Source: Antedon mediterranea (taxonomy: Eukaryota; Animalia; Echinodermata). Taken from it: 64,000 bases of DNA. A program made the position numbers and the translations under genes. Under the pieces are notes generated by a model. That model was not told the origin of the DNA. It saw only the letters and a program-made list of their open reading frames with translations, and did no database searches. Shown piece by piece: positions 22,907 to 36,400 of this stretch; the stretch's first letter is position 1; each line of letters starts with the position of its first letter. The stretch covers positions 21,469,317 to 21,533,316 of the forward strand of contig NC_092671.1 of assembly GCF_964355755.1 (NCBI RefSeq), read 5' to 3'.

Positions 22907-25900
22907 AATAGCTTCAAATCGCATTTGGAGACGTTTTAGACCATTTTGTAATTTTCAAAAAAACTTGTTAACATAAAAACACCAAAGTTCTTAGAATAGC
23001 TTCAAATCGCATTTGGAGACGTTTTAGACCATTTTGTGCATTTCGATGAAACTTGGTTACACAAAAACATCAAAGTGCTTAAAATCACATTATAAACCGT
23101 TTTAGACCATTTGAGCATTTCGATAACACTTTTCACACAAAAACATCAAAGTTCACAATATAGCTTAATATCCTATTTAAAAACGTTTTAGACCATTTTG
23201 AGCATTTCGACAAAACTTTTTCACACAAAACACCAAAGTGCTTAGAATACCTTCAAATCGCATTTGGAGACGTTTTAGACAATTTTGTGATTTTCGAAAA
23301 AACTTGTTAACATAAAAACACCAAAGTTTACAGAATAGCTTCAAATCGCATTTGGAGACGTTTTAGACAATTTTGTGATTTTCGAAAAAACTTGTTAACA
23401 TAAAAACACCAAAGTGCTTAGAATAGCTTCAAATCGCATTGGGAGACGTTTTAGACCATTTTGTGATTTTCGAAAAAACTTGTTAACATAAAACACCAAA
23501 GTGCTTAGAATAGCTTCAAATCGCATTTGGAGACGTTTTAGACCATTTTGTGATTTTCGAAAAAACTTGTTAACATAAAAACGCCAAAGTTCTTAAAATA
23601 GCTTCAAATCGCATTTGGAGACGTTTTAGACCATTTTGTGATTTTCGAAAAAACTTGTTAACATAAAAACACCAAAGTGTTTAGAAAAGCTTCAAATCGC
23701 ATTTGGAGACGTTTTAGACCATTTTGGGATTTTTGAAAAAACTTGTTAACATAAAAACACCAAAGTGCTTAGAATAGCTTCAAATCGCATTTGGAGACGT
23801 TTTAGACCATTTTGTAATTTTCAAAAAAACTTGTTAACATAAAAACACCAAAGTTCTTAGAATAGCTTCAAATCGCATTTGGAGACGTTTTAGACCATTT
23901 TGTGCATTTCGATAAAACTTGGTTACACAAAAACATCAAAGTGCTTAAAATCACGTTATAAACCGTTTTAGACCATTTGAGCATTTCGATAACACTTTTC
24001 ACACAAAAACATCAAAGGGCACAATATAGCTTAATATCCTATTTAAAAACGTTTTAGACCATTTTGAGCATTTCGACAAAACTTTTTCACACAAAACACC
24101 AAAGTGCTTAGAATACCTTCAAATCGCATTTGGAGACGTTTTAGACAATTTTGTGATTTTCGAAAAAACTTAACATAAAAACATCAAAGTTTACAGAATA
24201 GCTTCAAATCGCTTTTGGAGACGTTTTAGACAATTTTGTGATTTTCGAAAAAACTTGTTAACATAAAAACACCAAAGTGCTTAGAATAGCTTCAAATCGC
24301 ATTGGGAGACGTTTTAGACCATTTTGTGATTTTCGAAAAAACTTGTTAACATAAAAACATCAAAGTGTACAGAATAGCTTCAAATCGCATTTGGAGACGT
24401 TTTAGACCATTTTGTGATTTTCGAAAAAACTTGTTAACATAAAAACACCAAAGTGCTTAGAATAGCTTCAAATCGCATTTGGAGACGTTTTAAACCATTT
24501 TGTGATTTTCGAAAAAACTTGTTAACATAAAAACACCAAAATGTTTAGAATAGCTTCAAATCGCATTTGGAGACGTTTTAGACCATTTTGTGATTTTCGA
24601 AAAAACTTGTTAACACAAAAACACCAAAGTGATTAGAATAGCTTCAAATCGCATTTGGAGACGTTTTAGACCATTTTGTGATTTTCGAAAAAACTTGTTA
24701 ACATAAAAACACCAAAGTGATTAGAATAGCTTCAAATCGCATTTGGAGACGTTTTAGACCATTTTGTGCATTTCGATGAAACTTGGTTACGCAAAAACAT
24801 CAAAGTGCTTAAAATCACATTATAAACCGTTTTAGACCATTTTGAGCATATCGATAACACTTTTTACACAAAACACCAAAGTGCTTAGAATAGCTTCAAA
24901 TCGCATTTGGAGACGTTTTAGACCATTTTGTGATTTTCGACAAAACTTTTTCACACAAAACACCAAAGTGCTTAGAATACCTTCAAATCGCATTTGGAGA
25001 CGTTTTAGACCATTTTGTGATTTTCGAAAAAACTTGTTAACATAAAAACATCAAAATGTTTAGAATAGCTTCAAATCACATTTGGAGACGTTTTAGACCA
25101 TTTTGTGATTTTCGAAAAAACTTGTTAACACAAAAACACCAAAGTGATTAGAATAGCTTCAAATCGCATTTGGAGACGTTTTAGACCAATTTGTGCATTT
25201 CGATGAAACTTGGTTACGCAAAAACATCAAAGTGCTTAAAATCACATTATAAACCGTTTTAGACCATTTTGAGCATATCGATAACACTTTTCACACAAAA
25301 ACATCAAAGAGCACAATATAGCTTAATATCTTATTTAAAAACGTTTTAGACCATTTTGAGCATTTCGACAAAACTTTTTCACACAAAACACCAAAGTGCT
25401 TAGAATAGCTTCAAATCGCATTTGGAGACGTTTTAGACCATTTTGTGATTTTCGAAAAAACTTGTTAACATAAAAACATCAAAGTGCTAAGAATAGCTTC
25501 AAATCGCATTTGGAGACATTTTAGACCAATTAGTGATTTTCGAAAAAACTTGGTTACACAAAAACATCAAAGTGGTTAAAATCACATTATAAACCGTTTT
25601 AGACCATTTTGAGCATTTCGATAACACTTTTCACACAAAAACATCAAAGTGCTTAGAATAGCTTCAAATCGCATTTGGAGACGTTTTAGACCATTTTGTG
25701 ATTTTCGAAAAAAACTTTTTAACATAAAAACACCAAACTTCTAAGAATAGCTTCAAATCGCATATGGAGACAATTTAGACCATTTTGTGATTTTCGAAAA
25801 AACTTGTTAACATAAAAACACCAAAGTGCTAAGAATAGCTTCAAATCGCATATGGAGACAATTTAGACCATTTTGTGATTTTCGAAAAAACTTGTTAACA

Positions 25901-28900
25901 TAAAAACACCAAAGTGCTTAGAATACCTTCAAATCGCATTTGGAGACGTTTAAGACCATTTTGTGATTTTCGAAAAAACTTGTTAACATAAAAACACCAA
26001 AGTGCTTAGAATAGCTTCAAATCGCATTTGGAGACGTTTTAGACCAATTTGTGATTTTCGAAAAAACTTGGTTACACAAAAACATCAAAGTGGATAAAAG
26101 CACATTATAAACCGTTTTAGACCATTTTGAGCATTTCGATAACACATTTCACACAAAAACATCAAAGAGCACAAAATAGCTTAATATCGTATTTAAAAAC
26201 GTTTTAAACCATTTTGAGCATTTCGACAAAACTTTTTCACACAAAACACCAAAGTGTTTAGAAAAGCTTCAAATCGCATTTGGAGACGTTTTAGACCATT
26301 TTGGGATTTTCGAAAAAACTTGTTAACATAAAAACACCAAAGTGCTTAGAATAGCTTCAAATCGCATTTGAAGACGTTTTAGACCATTTTGTAATTTTCG
26401 AAAAAACTTGTTAACATAAAAACACCAAAATGTTTAGAATAGCTTCAAATCGCATTTGGAGACGTTTTAGACCATTTTGTGATTTTCGAAAAAACTTGTT
26501 AACACAAAAACACCAAAGTGATTAGAATAGCTTCAAATCGCATTTGGAGACGTTTTAGACCATTTTGTGATTTTCGAAAAAACTTGTTAACATAAAAACA
26601 CCAAAGTGATTAGAATAGCTTCAAATCGCATTTGGAGACGTTTTAGACCATTTTGTGCATTTCGATGAAACTTGGTTACGCAAAAACATCAAAGTAATAA
26701 TCACATTATAAACAGTTTTAGACCATTTTGAGCATATCGATAAAACTTTTTACACAAAACACCAAAGTGCTTAGAATAGCTTCAAATCGCATTTGGAGAC
26801 GTTTTAGACCATTTTGTGATTTTCGACAAAACTTTTTCACACAAAACACCAAAGTGCTTAGAATACCTTCAAATCGCATTTGGAGACGTTTTAGACCATT
26901 TTGTGATTTTCGAAAAAACTTGTTAACATAAAAACATCAAAGTGTACAGATTAGCTTCAAATCGCATTTGGAGACGTTTTAGACCATTTTGTGATTTTCG
27001 AAAAAACTTGTTAACATAAAAACACCAAAGTGCTTAGAATAGCTTCAAATCGCATTAGGAGACGTTTTAGACCATTTTGTTATTTTCGAAAAAACTTGTT
27101 AACATAAAAACACCAAAATGTTTAGAATAGCTTCAAATCGCATTTGGAGACGTTTTAGACCATTTTGTGATTTTCGAAAAAACTTGTTAACATAAAAACA
27201 CCAAAGTGCTTAGAATACCTTCAAATCGCATTTGGAGACGTTTTAGACCATTTTGTGATTTTCCAAAAAACTTGTTAACATAAAAACATCAAAGTGTACA
27301 GAATAGCTTCAAATCGCATTTGGAGACGTTTTAGACCATTTTGTGATTTTCGAAAAAACTTGTTAACATAAAAACACCAAAGTGCTTAGAATAGCTTCAA
27401 ATCGCATTAGGAGACGTTTTAGACCATTTTGTGATTTTCGAAAAAACTTGTTAACATAAAAACACCAAAGTGCTTAGAATAGCTTCAAATCGCATTTGGA
27501 GACGTTTTAGACCATTTTGTGATTTTCGAAAAAACTTGTTAACATAAAAACACCAAAATGTTTAGAATAGCTTCAAATCACATTTGGAGACGTTTTAGAC
27601 CATTTTGTGATTTTCGAAAAAACTTGTTAACACAAAAACACCAAAGTGATTAGAATAGCTTCAAATCGCATTTGGAGACGTTTTAGACCAATTTGTGCAT
27701 TTCGATGAAACTTGGTTACGCAAAAACATCAAAGTGCTTAAAATCACATTATAAACCGTTTTAGACCATTTTGAGCATATCGATAACACTTTTCACACAA
27801 AAACATCAAAGAGCACAATATAGCTTAATATCTTATTTAAAAACGTTTTAGACCATTTTGAGCATTTCGACAAAACTTTTTCACACAAAACACCAAAGTG
27901 CTTAGAATAGCTTCAAATCGCATTTGGAGACGTTTTAGACCATTTTGTGATTTTCGAAAAAACTTTTTCACACAAAACACCAAAGTGCTTAGAATACCTT
28001 CAAATCGCATTTGGAGACGTTTTAGACCATTTTGTGATTTTCGAAAAAACTTGTTAACATAAAAACATCAAAGTGTACAGAATAGCTTCAAATCGCATTT
28101 GGAGACGTTTTAGACCATTTTGTGATTTTCGAAAAAACTTGTTAACATAAAAACACCAAAGTGCTTAGAATAGCTTCAAATCGCATTAGGAGACGTTTTA
28201 GACCATTTTGTGATTTTCGAAAAAACTTGTTAACACAAAAACACCAAAGTGCTTAGAATAGCTTCAAATCGCATTTGGAGACGTTTTAGACCATTTTGTG
28301 ATTTTCGAAAAAACTTGTTAATATAAAAACACCAAAGTACTTAGAATAGCTTCAAATCGCATTTGGAGACGTTTTAAACCATTTTGTGATTTTCGAAAAA
28401 ACTTGTTAACATAAAAACACCAAAATGTTTAGAATAGCTTCAAATCGCATTTGGAGACGTTTTAGACCATTTTGTGATTTTCGAAAAAACTTGTTAACAC
28501 AAAAACACCAAAGTGATTAGAATAGCTTCAAATCGCATTTGGAGACGTTTTAGACCATTTTGTGCATTTCGATGAAACTTGGTTACGGAAAAACATCAAA
28601 GTGCTTAAAATCACATTATAAACCGTTTTAGACCATTTTGAGCATTTCGATAACACATTTCACACAAAAACATCAAAGAGCACAAAATAGCTTAATATCG
28701 TATTTAAAAACGTTTTAAACCATTTTGAGCATTTCGACAAAACTTTTTCACACAAAACACCAAAGTGTTTAGAAAAGCTTCAAATCGCATTTGGAGACGT
28801 TTTAGACCATTTTGGGATTTTCGAAAAAACTTGTTAACATAAAAACACCAAAGTGCTTAGAATACCTTCAAATCGCATTTGGAGACGTTTTAGACCATTT

Positions 28901-31900
28901 TGTAATTTTCGAAAAAACTTGTTAACATAAAAACACCAAAGTGCTAAGAATAGCTTCAAATCGCATTTGGAGACGTTTTAGACCAATTTGTGATTTTCGA
29001 AAAAACTTGGTTACACAAAAACATCAAAGTGCTTAAAATCACATTATAAAACCGTTTTAGACCATTTTGAGCATTTCGATAACACTTTTCACACAAAAAC
29101 ATCAAAGAGCATAAAATAGGTTAATATCGTATTTAAAAACGTTTTAGACCATTTTGAGCATTTCGACAAAACTTTTTCACACAAAACACCAAAGTGTACA
29201 GAATAGCTTAATATCGTATTTAAAAACGTTTTAGACCATTTTGTGATTTTCGAAAAAACTTGTTAACATAAAAACACCAAAATGTTTAGAATAGCTTCAA
29301 ATTGCATTTGGAGACGTTTTAGACCATTTTGTGATTTTCGAAAAAACTTGTTAACACAAAAACACCAAAGTGATTAGAATAGCTTCAAATCGCATTTGGA
29401 GACGTTTTAGACCATTTTGTGATTTTCGAAAAAACTTGTTAACATAAAAACACCAAAGTGATTAGAATAGCTTCAAATCGCATTTGGAGACGTTTTAGAC
29501 CATTTTGTGCATTTCGATGAAACTTGGTTACGCAAAAACATCAATGTGCTTAAAATCACATTATAAACCGTTTTAGACCATTTTGAGCATATCCATAAAA
29601 CTTTTTACACAAAACACCAAAGTGCTTAGAATAGCTTCAAATCGCATTTGGAGACGTTTTAGACCATTTTGTGATTTTCGACAAAACTTTTTCACACAAA
29701 ACACCAAAGTGCTTAGAATACCTTCAAATCGCATTTGGAGACGTTTTAGACCATTTTGTGATTTTCGAAAAAACTTGTTAACATAAAAACATCAAAGTGT
29801 ACAGAATAGCTTCAAATCGCATTTGGAGACGTTTTAGACCATTTTGTGATTTTCGAAAAAACTTGTTAACATAAAAACACCAAAGTGCTTAGAATAGCTT
29901 CAAATCGCATTAGGAGACGTTTTAGACCATTTTGTGATTTTCGAAAAAACTTGTTAACATAAAAACACCAAAGTGCTTAGAATAGCTTCAAATCGCATTT
30001 GGAGACGTTTTAGACCATTTTGTGATTTTCGAAAAAACTTGTTAACATAAAAACACCAAAATGTTTAGAATAGCTTCAAATCGCATTTGGAGACGTTTTA
30101 GACCATTTTGTGATTTTCGAAAAAACTTGTTAACACAAAAACACCAAAGTGATTAGAATAGCTTCAAATCGCATTTGGAGACGTTTTAGACCATTTTGTG
30201 CATTTCGATGAAACTTGGTTACGCAAAAACATCAAAGTGCTTAAAATCACATTATAAACCGTTTTAGACCATTTTTAGCATATCGATAACACTTTTCACA
30301 CAAAAACATCAAAGAGCACAATATAGCTTAATATCGTATTTAAAAACGTTTTAGACCATTTTGAGCATTTCGACAAAACTTTTTCACACAAAACACCAAA
30401 GTGCTTAGAATAGCTTCAAATCGCATTTGGAGACGTTTTAGACCATTTTGTGATTTTCGAAAAAACTTGTTAACATAAAAACATCAAAGGGCTAAGAATA
30501 GCTTCAAATCGCATTTGGAGACATTTTAGACCAATTAGTGATTTTCGAAAAAACTTGGTTACACAAAAACATCAAAGTGGTTAAAATCACATTATAAACC
30601 GTTTTAGACCATTTTGAGCATTTCGATAACACTTTTTACACAAAAACATCAAAGTGCTTAGAATAGCTTCAAATCGCATTTGGAGACGTTTTAGACCATT
30701 TTGTGATTTTCGAAAAAAACTTTTTAACATAAAAACACCAAACTGCTAAGAATAGCTTCAAATCGCATATGGAGACAATTTAGACCATTTTGTGATTTTC
30801 GAAAAAACTTGTTAACATAAAAACACCAAAGTGCTTAGCATACCTTCAAATCGCATTTGGAGACATTTTAGACCATTTTGTGATTTTCGAAAAAACTTGT
30901 TAACATAAAAACATCAAAGTGCTAAGAATAGCTTCCAATCGCATTTGGAGACGTTTTAGACCATTTTGTGATTTTCGAAAACAACTTGTTAACATAAAAA
31001 CACCAAAGTGCTTAGAATAGCTTCAAATCGCATTTGGAGACGTTTTAGACCAATTTGTGATTTTCGAAAAAACTTGGTTACACAAAAACATCAAAGTGGA
31101 TAAAATCACATTATAAACCGTTTTAGACCATTTTGAGCATATCGATAACACTTTTCACACAAAAACATCAAAGACCACAATATAGCTTAATATCGTATTT
31201 AAAAACGTTTTAGACCATTTTGAGCATTTCGACAAAACTTTTTCACACAAAACACCAAAGTGCTTAGAATAGCTTCAAATCGCATTTGGAGACGTTTTAG
31301 ACCATTTTGTGATTTTCGAAAAAACTTGTTAACATAAAAACATCAAAGTGCTAAGAATAGCTTCAAATCGAATTTGGAGACATTTTAGACCAATTAGTGA
31401 TTTTCGAAAAAACTTGGTTACACAAAAACATCAAAGTGGTTAAAATCACATTATAAACCGTTTTAGACCATTTTGAGCATTTCGATAACACTTTTCACAC
31501 AAAAACATCAAAGTGCTTAGAATAGCTTCAAATCGCATTTGGAGACGTTTTAGACCATTTTGTGATTTTCGAAAAAAACTTTTTAACATAAAAACACCAA
31601 ACTGCTAAGAATAGCTTCAAATCGCATATGGAGACAATTTAGACCATTTTGTGATTTTCGAAAAAACTTGTTAACATAAAAACACCAAAGTGCTTAGAAT
31701 ACCTTCAAATCGCATTTGGAGACATTTTAGACCATTTTGTGATTTTCGAAAAAACTTGTTAACATAAAAACATCAAAGTGCTAAGAATAGCTTCCAATCG
31801 CATTTGGAGACGTTTTAGACTATTTTGTGATTTTCGAAAACAACTTGTTAACATAAAAACACCAAAGTGCTTAGAATAGCTTCAAATCGCATTTGGAGAC

Positions 31901-32907
31901 GTTTTAGACCAATTTGTGATTTTCGAAAAAACTTGGTTACACAAAAACATCAAAGTGGATAAAATCACATTATAAACCGTTTTAGACCATTTTGAGCATT
32001 TCGATAACACATATCACACAAAAACATCAAAGAGCACAAAATAGCTTAATATCGTATTTAAAAACGTTTTAAACCATTTTGAGCATTTCGACAAAACTTT
32101 TTCACACAAAACACCAAAGTGTACAGAATAGCTTCAAATCGCATTTGGAGACGTTTTAGACCATTTTGTGATTTTCGAAAAAACTTGTTAATATAAAAAC
32201 ACCAAAGTACTTAGAATAGCTTCAAATCGCATTTGGAGACGTTGTAGACCATTTTGTGATTTTCGAAAAAACTTGTTAACATAAAAACACCAAAGTTTAC
32301 AGAATAGCTTCAAATCGCATTTGGAGACGTTTTAGACAATTTTGTGCATTTCGATGAAACTTGGTTACACAAAAACATCAAAGTGCTTAAAATCACATTA
32401 TAAACCGTTTTAGACCATTTGAGCATTTCCATAACACTTTTCACACAAAAACATCAAAGGGCACAATATAGCTTAATATCCTATTTAAAAACGTTTTAGA
32501 CCATTTTGAGCATTTCGACAAAACTTTTTCACACAAAACACCAAAGTGCTTAGAATACCTTCAAATCGCATTTGGAGACGTTTTAGACCATTTTGTGATT
32601 TTCGAAAAAACTTAACATAAAAACATCAAAGTTTACAGAATAGCTTCAAATCGCATTTGGAGACGTTTTAAACCATTTTGTGATTTTCGAAAAAACTTGT
32701 TAACATAAAAACACCAAAATGTTTAGAATAGCTTCAAATCGCATTTGGAGACGTTTTAGACCATTTTGTGATTTTCGAAAAAACTTGTTAACACAAAAAC
32801 ACCAAAGTGATTAGAATAGCTTCAAATCGCATTTGGAGACGTTTTAGACCATTTTGTGATTTTCGAAAAAACTTGTTAACATAAAAACACCAAAGTGATT
32901 AGAATAG

Positions 32908-33448
32908 CTTCAAATCGCATTTGGAGACGTTTTAGACCATTTTGTGCATTTCGATGAAACTTGGTTACGCAAAAACATCAAAGTGCTTAAAATCACATTA
33001 TAAACCGTTTTAGACCATTTTGAGCATATCGATAACACTTTTTACACAAAACGCTAAAGTGCTTAGAATAGCTTCAAATCGCATTTGGAGACGTTTTAGA
33101 CCATTTTGTGATTTTCGACAAAACTTTTTCACACAAAACACCAAAGTGCTTAGAATACCTTCAAATCGCATTTGGAGACGTTTTAGACCATTTTGTGCAT
33201 TTCGATGAAACTTGGTTACGCAAAAACATCAAAGTGCTTAAAATCACATTATAAACCGTTTTAGACCATTTTGAGCATATCGATAACACTTTTTACACAA
33301 AACGCTAAAGTGCTTAGAATAGCTTCAAATCGCATTTGGAGACGTTTTAGACCATTTTGTGATTTTCGACAAAACTTTTTCACACAAAACACCAAAGTGC
33401 TTAGAATACCTTCAAATCGCATTTGGAGACGTTTTAGACCATTTTGTG
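32908..33448 (+). repeat. 251-bp tandem duplication inside HOR copy 2
   Basis: ORF-track pair 33020/33271; ACGCTAAAG in both halves. Confidence 0.85.
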
Positions 33449-36400
33449 ATTTTCGAAAAAACTTGTTAACATAAAAACATCAAAGTGTACAGAATAGCTT
33501 CAAATCGCATTTGGAGACGTTTTAGACCATTTTGTGATTTTCGAAAAAACTTGTTAACATAAAAACACCAAAGTGCTTAGAATAGCTTCAAATCGCATTA
33601 GGAGACGTTTTAGACCATTTTGTGATTTTCGAAAAAACTTGTTAACATAAAAACACCAAAGTGCTTAGAATAGCTTCAAATCGCATTTGGAGACGTTTTA
33701 GACCATTTTGTGATTTTCGAAAAAACTTGTTAACATAAAAACACCAAAGTTCTTAAAATAGCTTCAAATCGCATTTGGAGACGTTTTAGACCATTTTGTG
33801 ATTTTCGAAAAAACTTGTTAACATAAAAACACCAAAGTGTTTAGAAAAGCTTCAAATCGCATTTGGAGACGTTTTAGACCATTTTGGGATTTTTGAAAAA
33901 ACTTGTTAACATAAAAACACCAAAGTGCTTAGAATAGCTTCAAATCGCATTTGGAGACGTTTTAGACCATTTTGTAATTTTCAAAAAAACTTGTTAACAT
34001 AAAAACACCAAAGTTCTTAGAATAGCTTCAAATCGCATTTGGAGACGTTTTAGACCATTTTGTGCATTTCGATGAAACTTGGTTACACAAAAACATCAAA
34101 GTGCTTAAAATCACGTTATAAACCGTTTTAGACCATTTGAGCATTTCGATAACACTTTTCACACAAAAACATCAAAGGGCACAATATAGCTTAATATCCT
34201 ATTTAAAAACGTTTTAGACCATTTTGAGCATTTCGACAAAACTTTTTCACACAAAACACCAAAGTGCTTAGAATACCTTCAAATCGCATTTGGAGACGTT
34301 TTAGACAATTTTGTGATTTTCGAAAAAACTTAACATAAAAACATCAAAGTTTACAGAATAGCTTCAAATCGCATTTGGAGACGTTTTAGACCATTTTGTG
34401 ATTTTCGAAAAAACTTGTTAACATAAAAACACCAAAGTGCTTAGAATAGCTTCAAATCGCATTTGGAGACGTTTTAAACCATTTTGTGATTTTCGAAAAA
34501 ACTTGTTAACATAAAAACACCAAAATGTTTAGAATAGCTTCAAATCGCATTTGGAGACGTTTTAGACCATTTTGTGATTTTCGAAAAAACTTGTTAACAC
34601 AAAAACACCAAAGTGATTAGAATAGCTTCAAATCGCATTTGGAGACGTTTTAGACCATTTTGTGATTTTCGAAAAAACTTGTTAACATAAAAACACCAAA
34701 GTGATTAGAATAGCTTCAAATCGCATTTGGAGACGTTTTAGACCATTTTGTGCATTTCGAGGAAACTTGGTTACGCAAAAACATCAAAGTGCTTAAAATC
34801 ACATTATAAACCGTTTTAGACCATTTTGAGCATATCGATAACACTTTTTACACAAAACACCAAAGTGCTTAGAATAGCTTCAAATCGCATTTGGAGACGT
34901 TTTAGACCATTTTGTGATTTTCGACAAAACTTTTTCACACAAAACACCAAAATGCTTAGAATACCTTCAAATCGCATTTGGAGAGGTTTTAGACCATTTT
35001 GTGATTTTCGAAAAAACTTGTTAACATAAAAACATCAAAGTGTACAGAATAGCTTCAAATCGCATTTGGAGACGTTTTAGACCATTTTGTGATTTTCGAA
35101 AAAACTTGTTAACATAAAAACACCAAAGTGCTTAGAATAGCTTCAAATCGCATTAGGAGACGTTTTAGACCATTTTGTGATTTTCGAAAAACTTGTTAAC
35201 ATAAAAACACCAAAGTGCTTAGAATAGCTTCAAATCGCATTTGGAGACGTTTTAGACCATTTTGTGATTTTCGAAAAAACTTGTTAACATAAAAACACCA
35301 AAATGTTTAGAATAGCTTCAAATCGCATTTGGAGACGTTTTAGACCATTTTGTGATTTTCGAAAAAACTTGTTAACACAAAAACACCAAAGTGATTAGAA
35401 TAGCTTCAAATCGCATTTGGAGACGTTTTAGACCATTTTGTGCATTTCGATGAAACTTGGTTACGCAAAAACATCAAAGTGCTTAAAATCACATTATAAA
35501 CCGTTTTAGACCATTTTGAGCATATCGATAACACTTTTCACACAAAAACATCAAAGAGCACAATATAGCTTAATATCGTATTTAAAAACGTTTTAGACCA
35601 TTTTGAGCATTTCGACAAAACTTTTTCACACAAAACACCAAAGTGCTTAGAATAGCTTCAAATCGCATTTGGAGACGTTTTAGACCATTTTGTGATTTTC
35701 GAAAAAACTTGTTAACATAAAAACATCAAAGGGCTAAGAATAGCTTCAAATCGCATTTGGAGACATTTTAGACCAATTAGTGATTTTCGAAAAAACTTGG
35801 TTACACAAAAACATCAAAGTGGTTAAAATCACATTATAAACCGTTTTAGACCATTTTGAGCATTTCGATAACACTTTTTACACAAAAACATCAAAGTGCT
35901 TAGAATAGCTTCAAATCGCATTTGGAGACGTTTTAGACCATTTTGTGATTTTTGAAAAAAACTTTTTAACATAAAAACACCAAACTGCTAAGAATAGCTT
36001 CAAATCGCATATGGAGACAATTTAGACCATTTTGTGATTTTCGAAAAAACTTGTTAACATAAAAACACCAAAGTGCTTAGAATACCTTCAAATCGCATTT
36101 GGAGACGTTTTAGACCATTTTGTGATTTTCCAAAAAACTTGTTAACATAAAAACATCAAAGTGTACAGAATAGCTTCAAATCGCATTTGGAGACGTTTTA
36201 GACCATTTTGTGATTTTCGAAAAAACTTGTTAACATAAAAACACCAAAATGTTTAGAATAGCTTCAAATCACATTTGGAGACGTTTTAGACCATTTTGTG
36301 ATTTTCGAAAAAACTTGTTAACACAAAAACACCAAAGTGATTAGAATAGCTTCAAATCGCATTTGGAGACGTTTTAGACCAATTTGTGCATTTCGATGAA

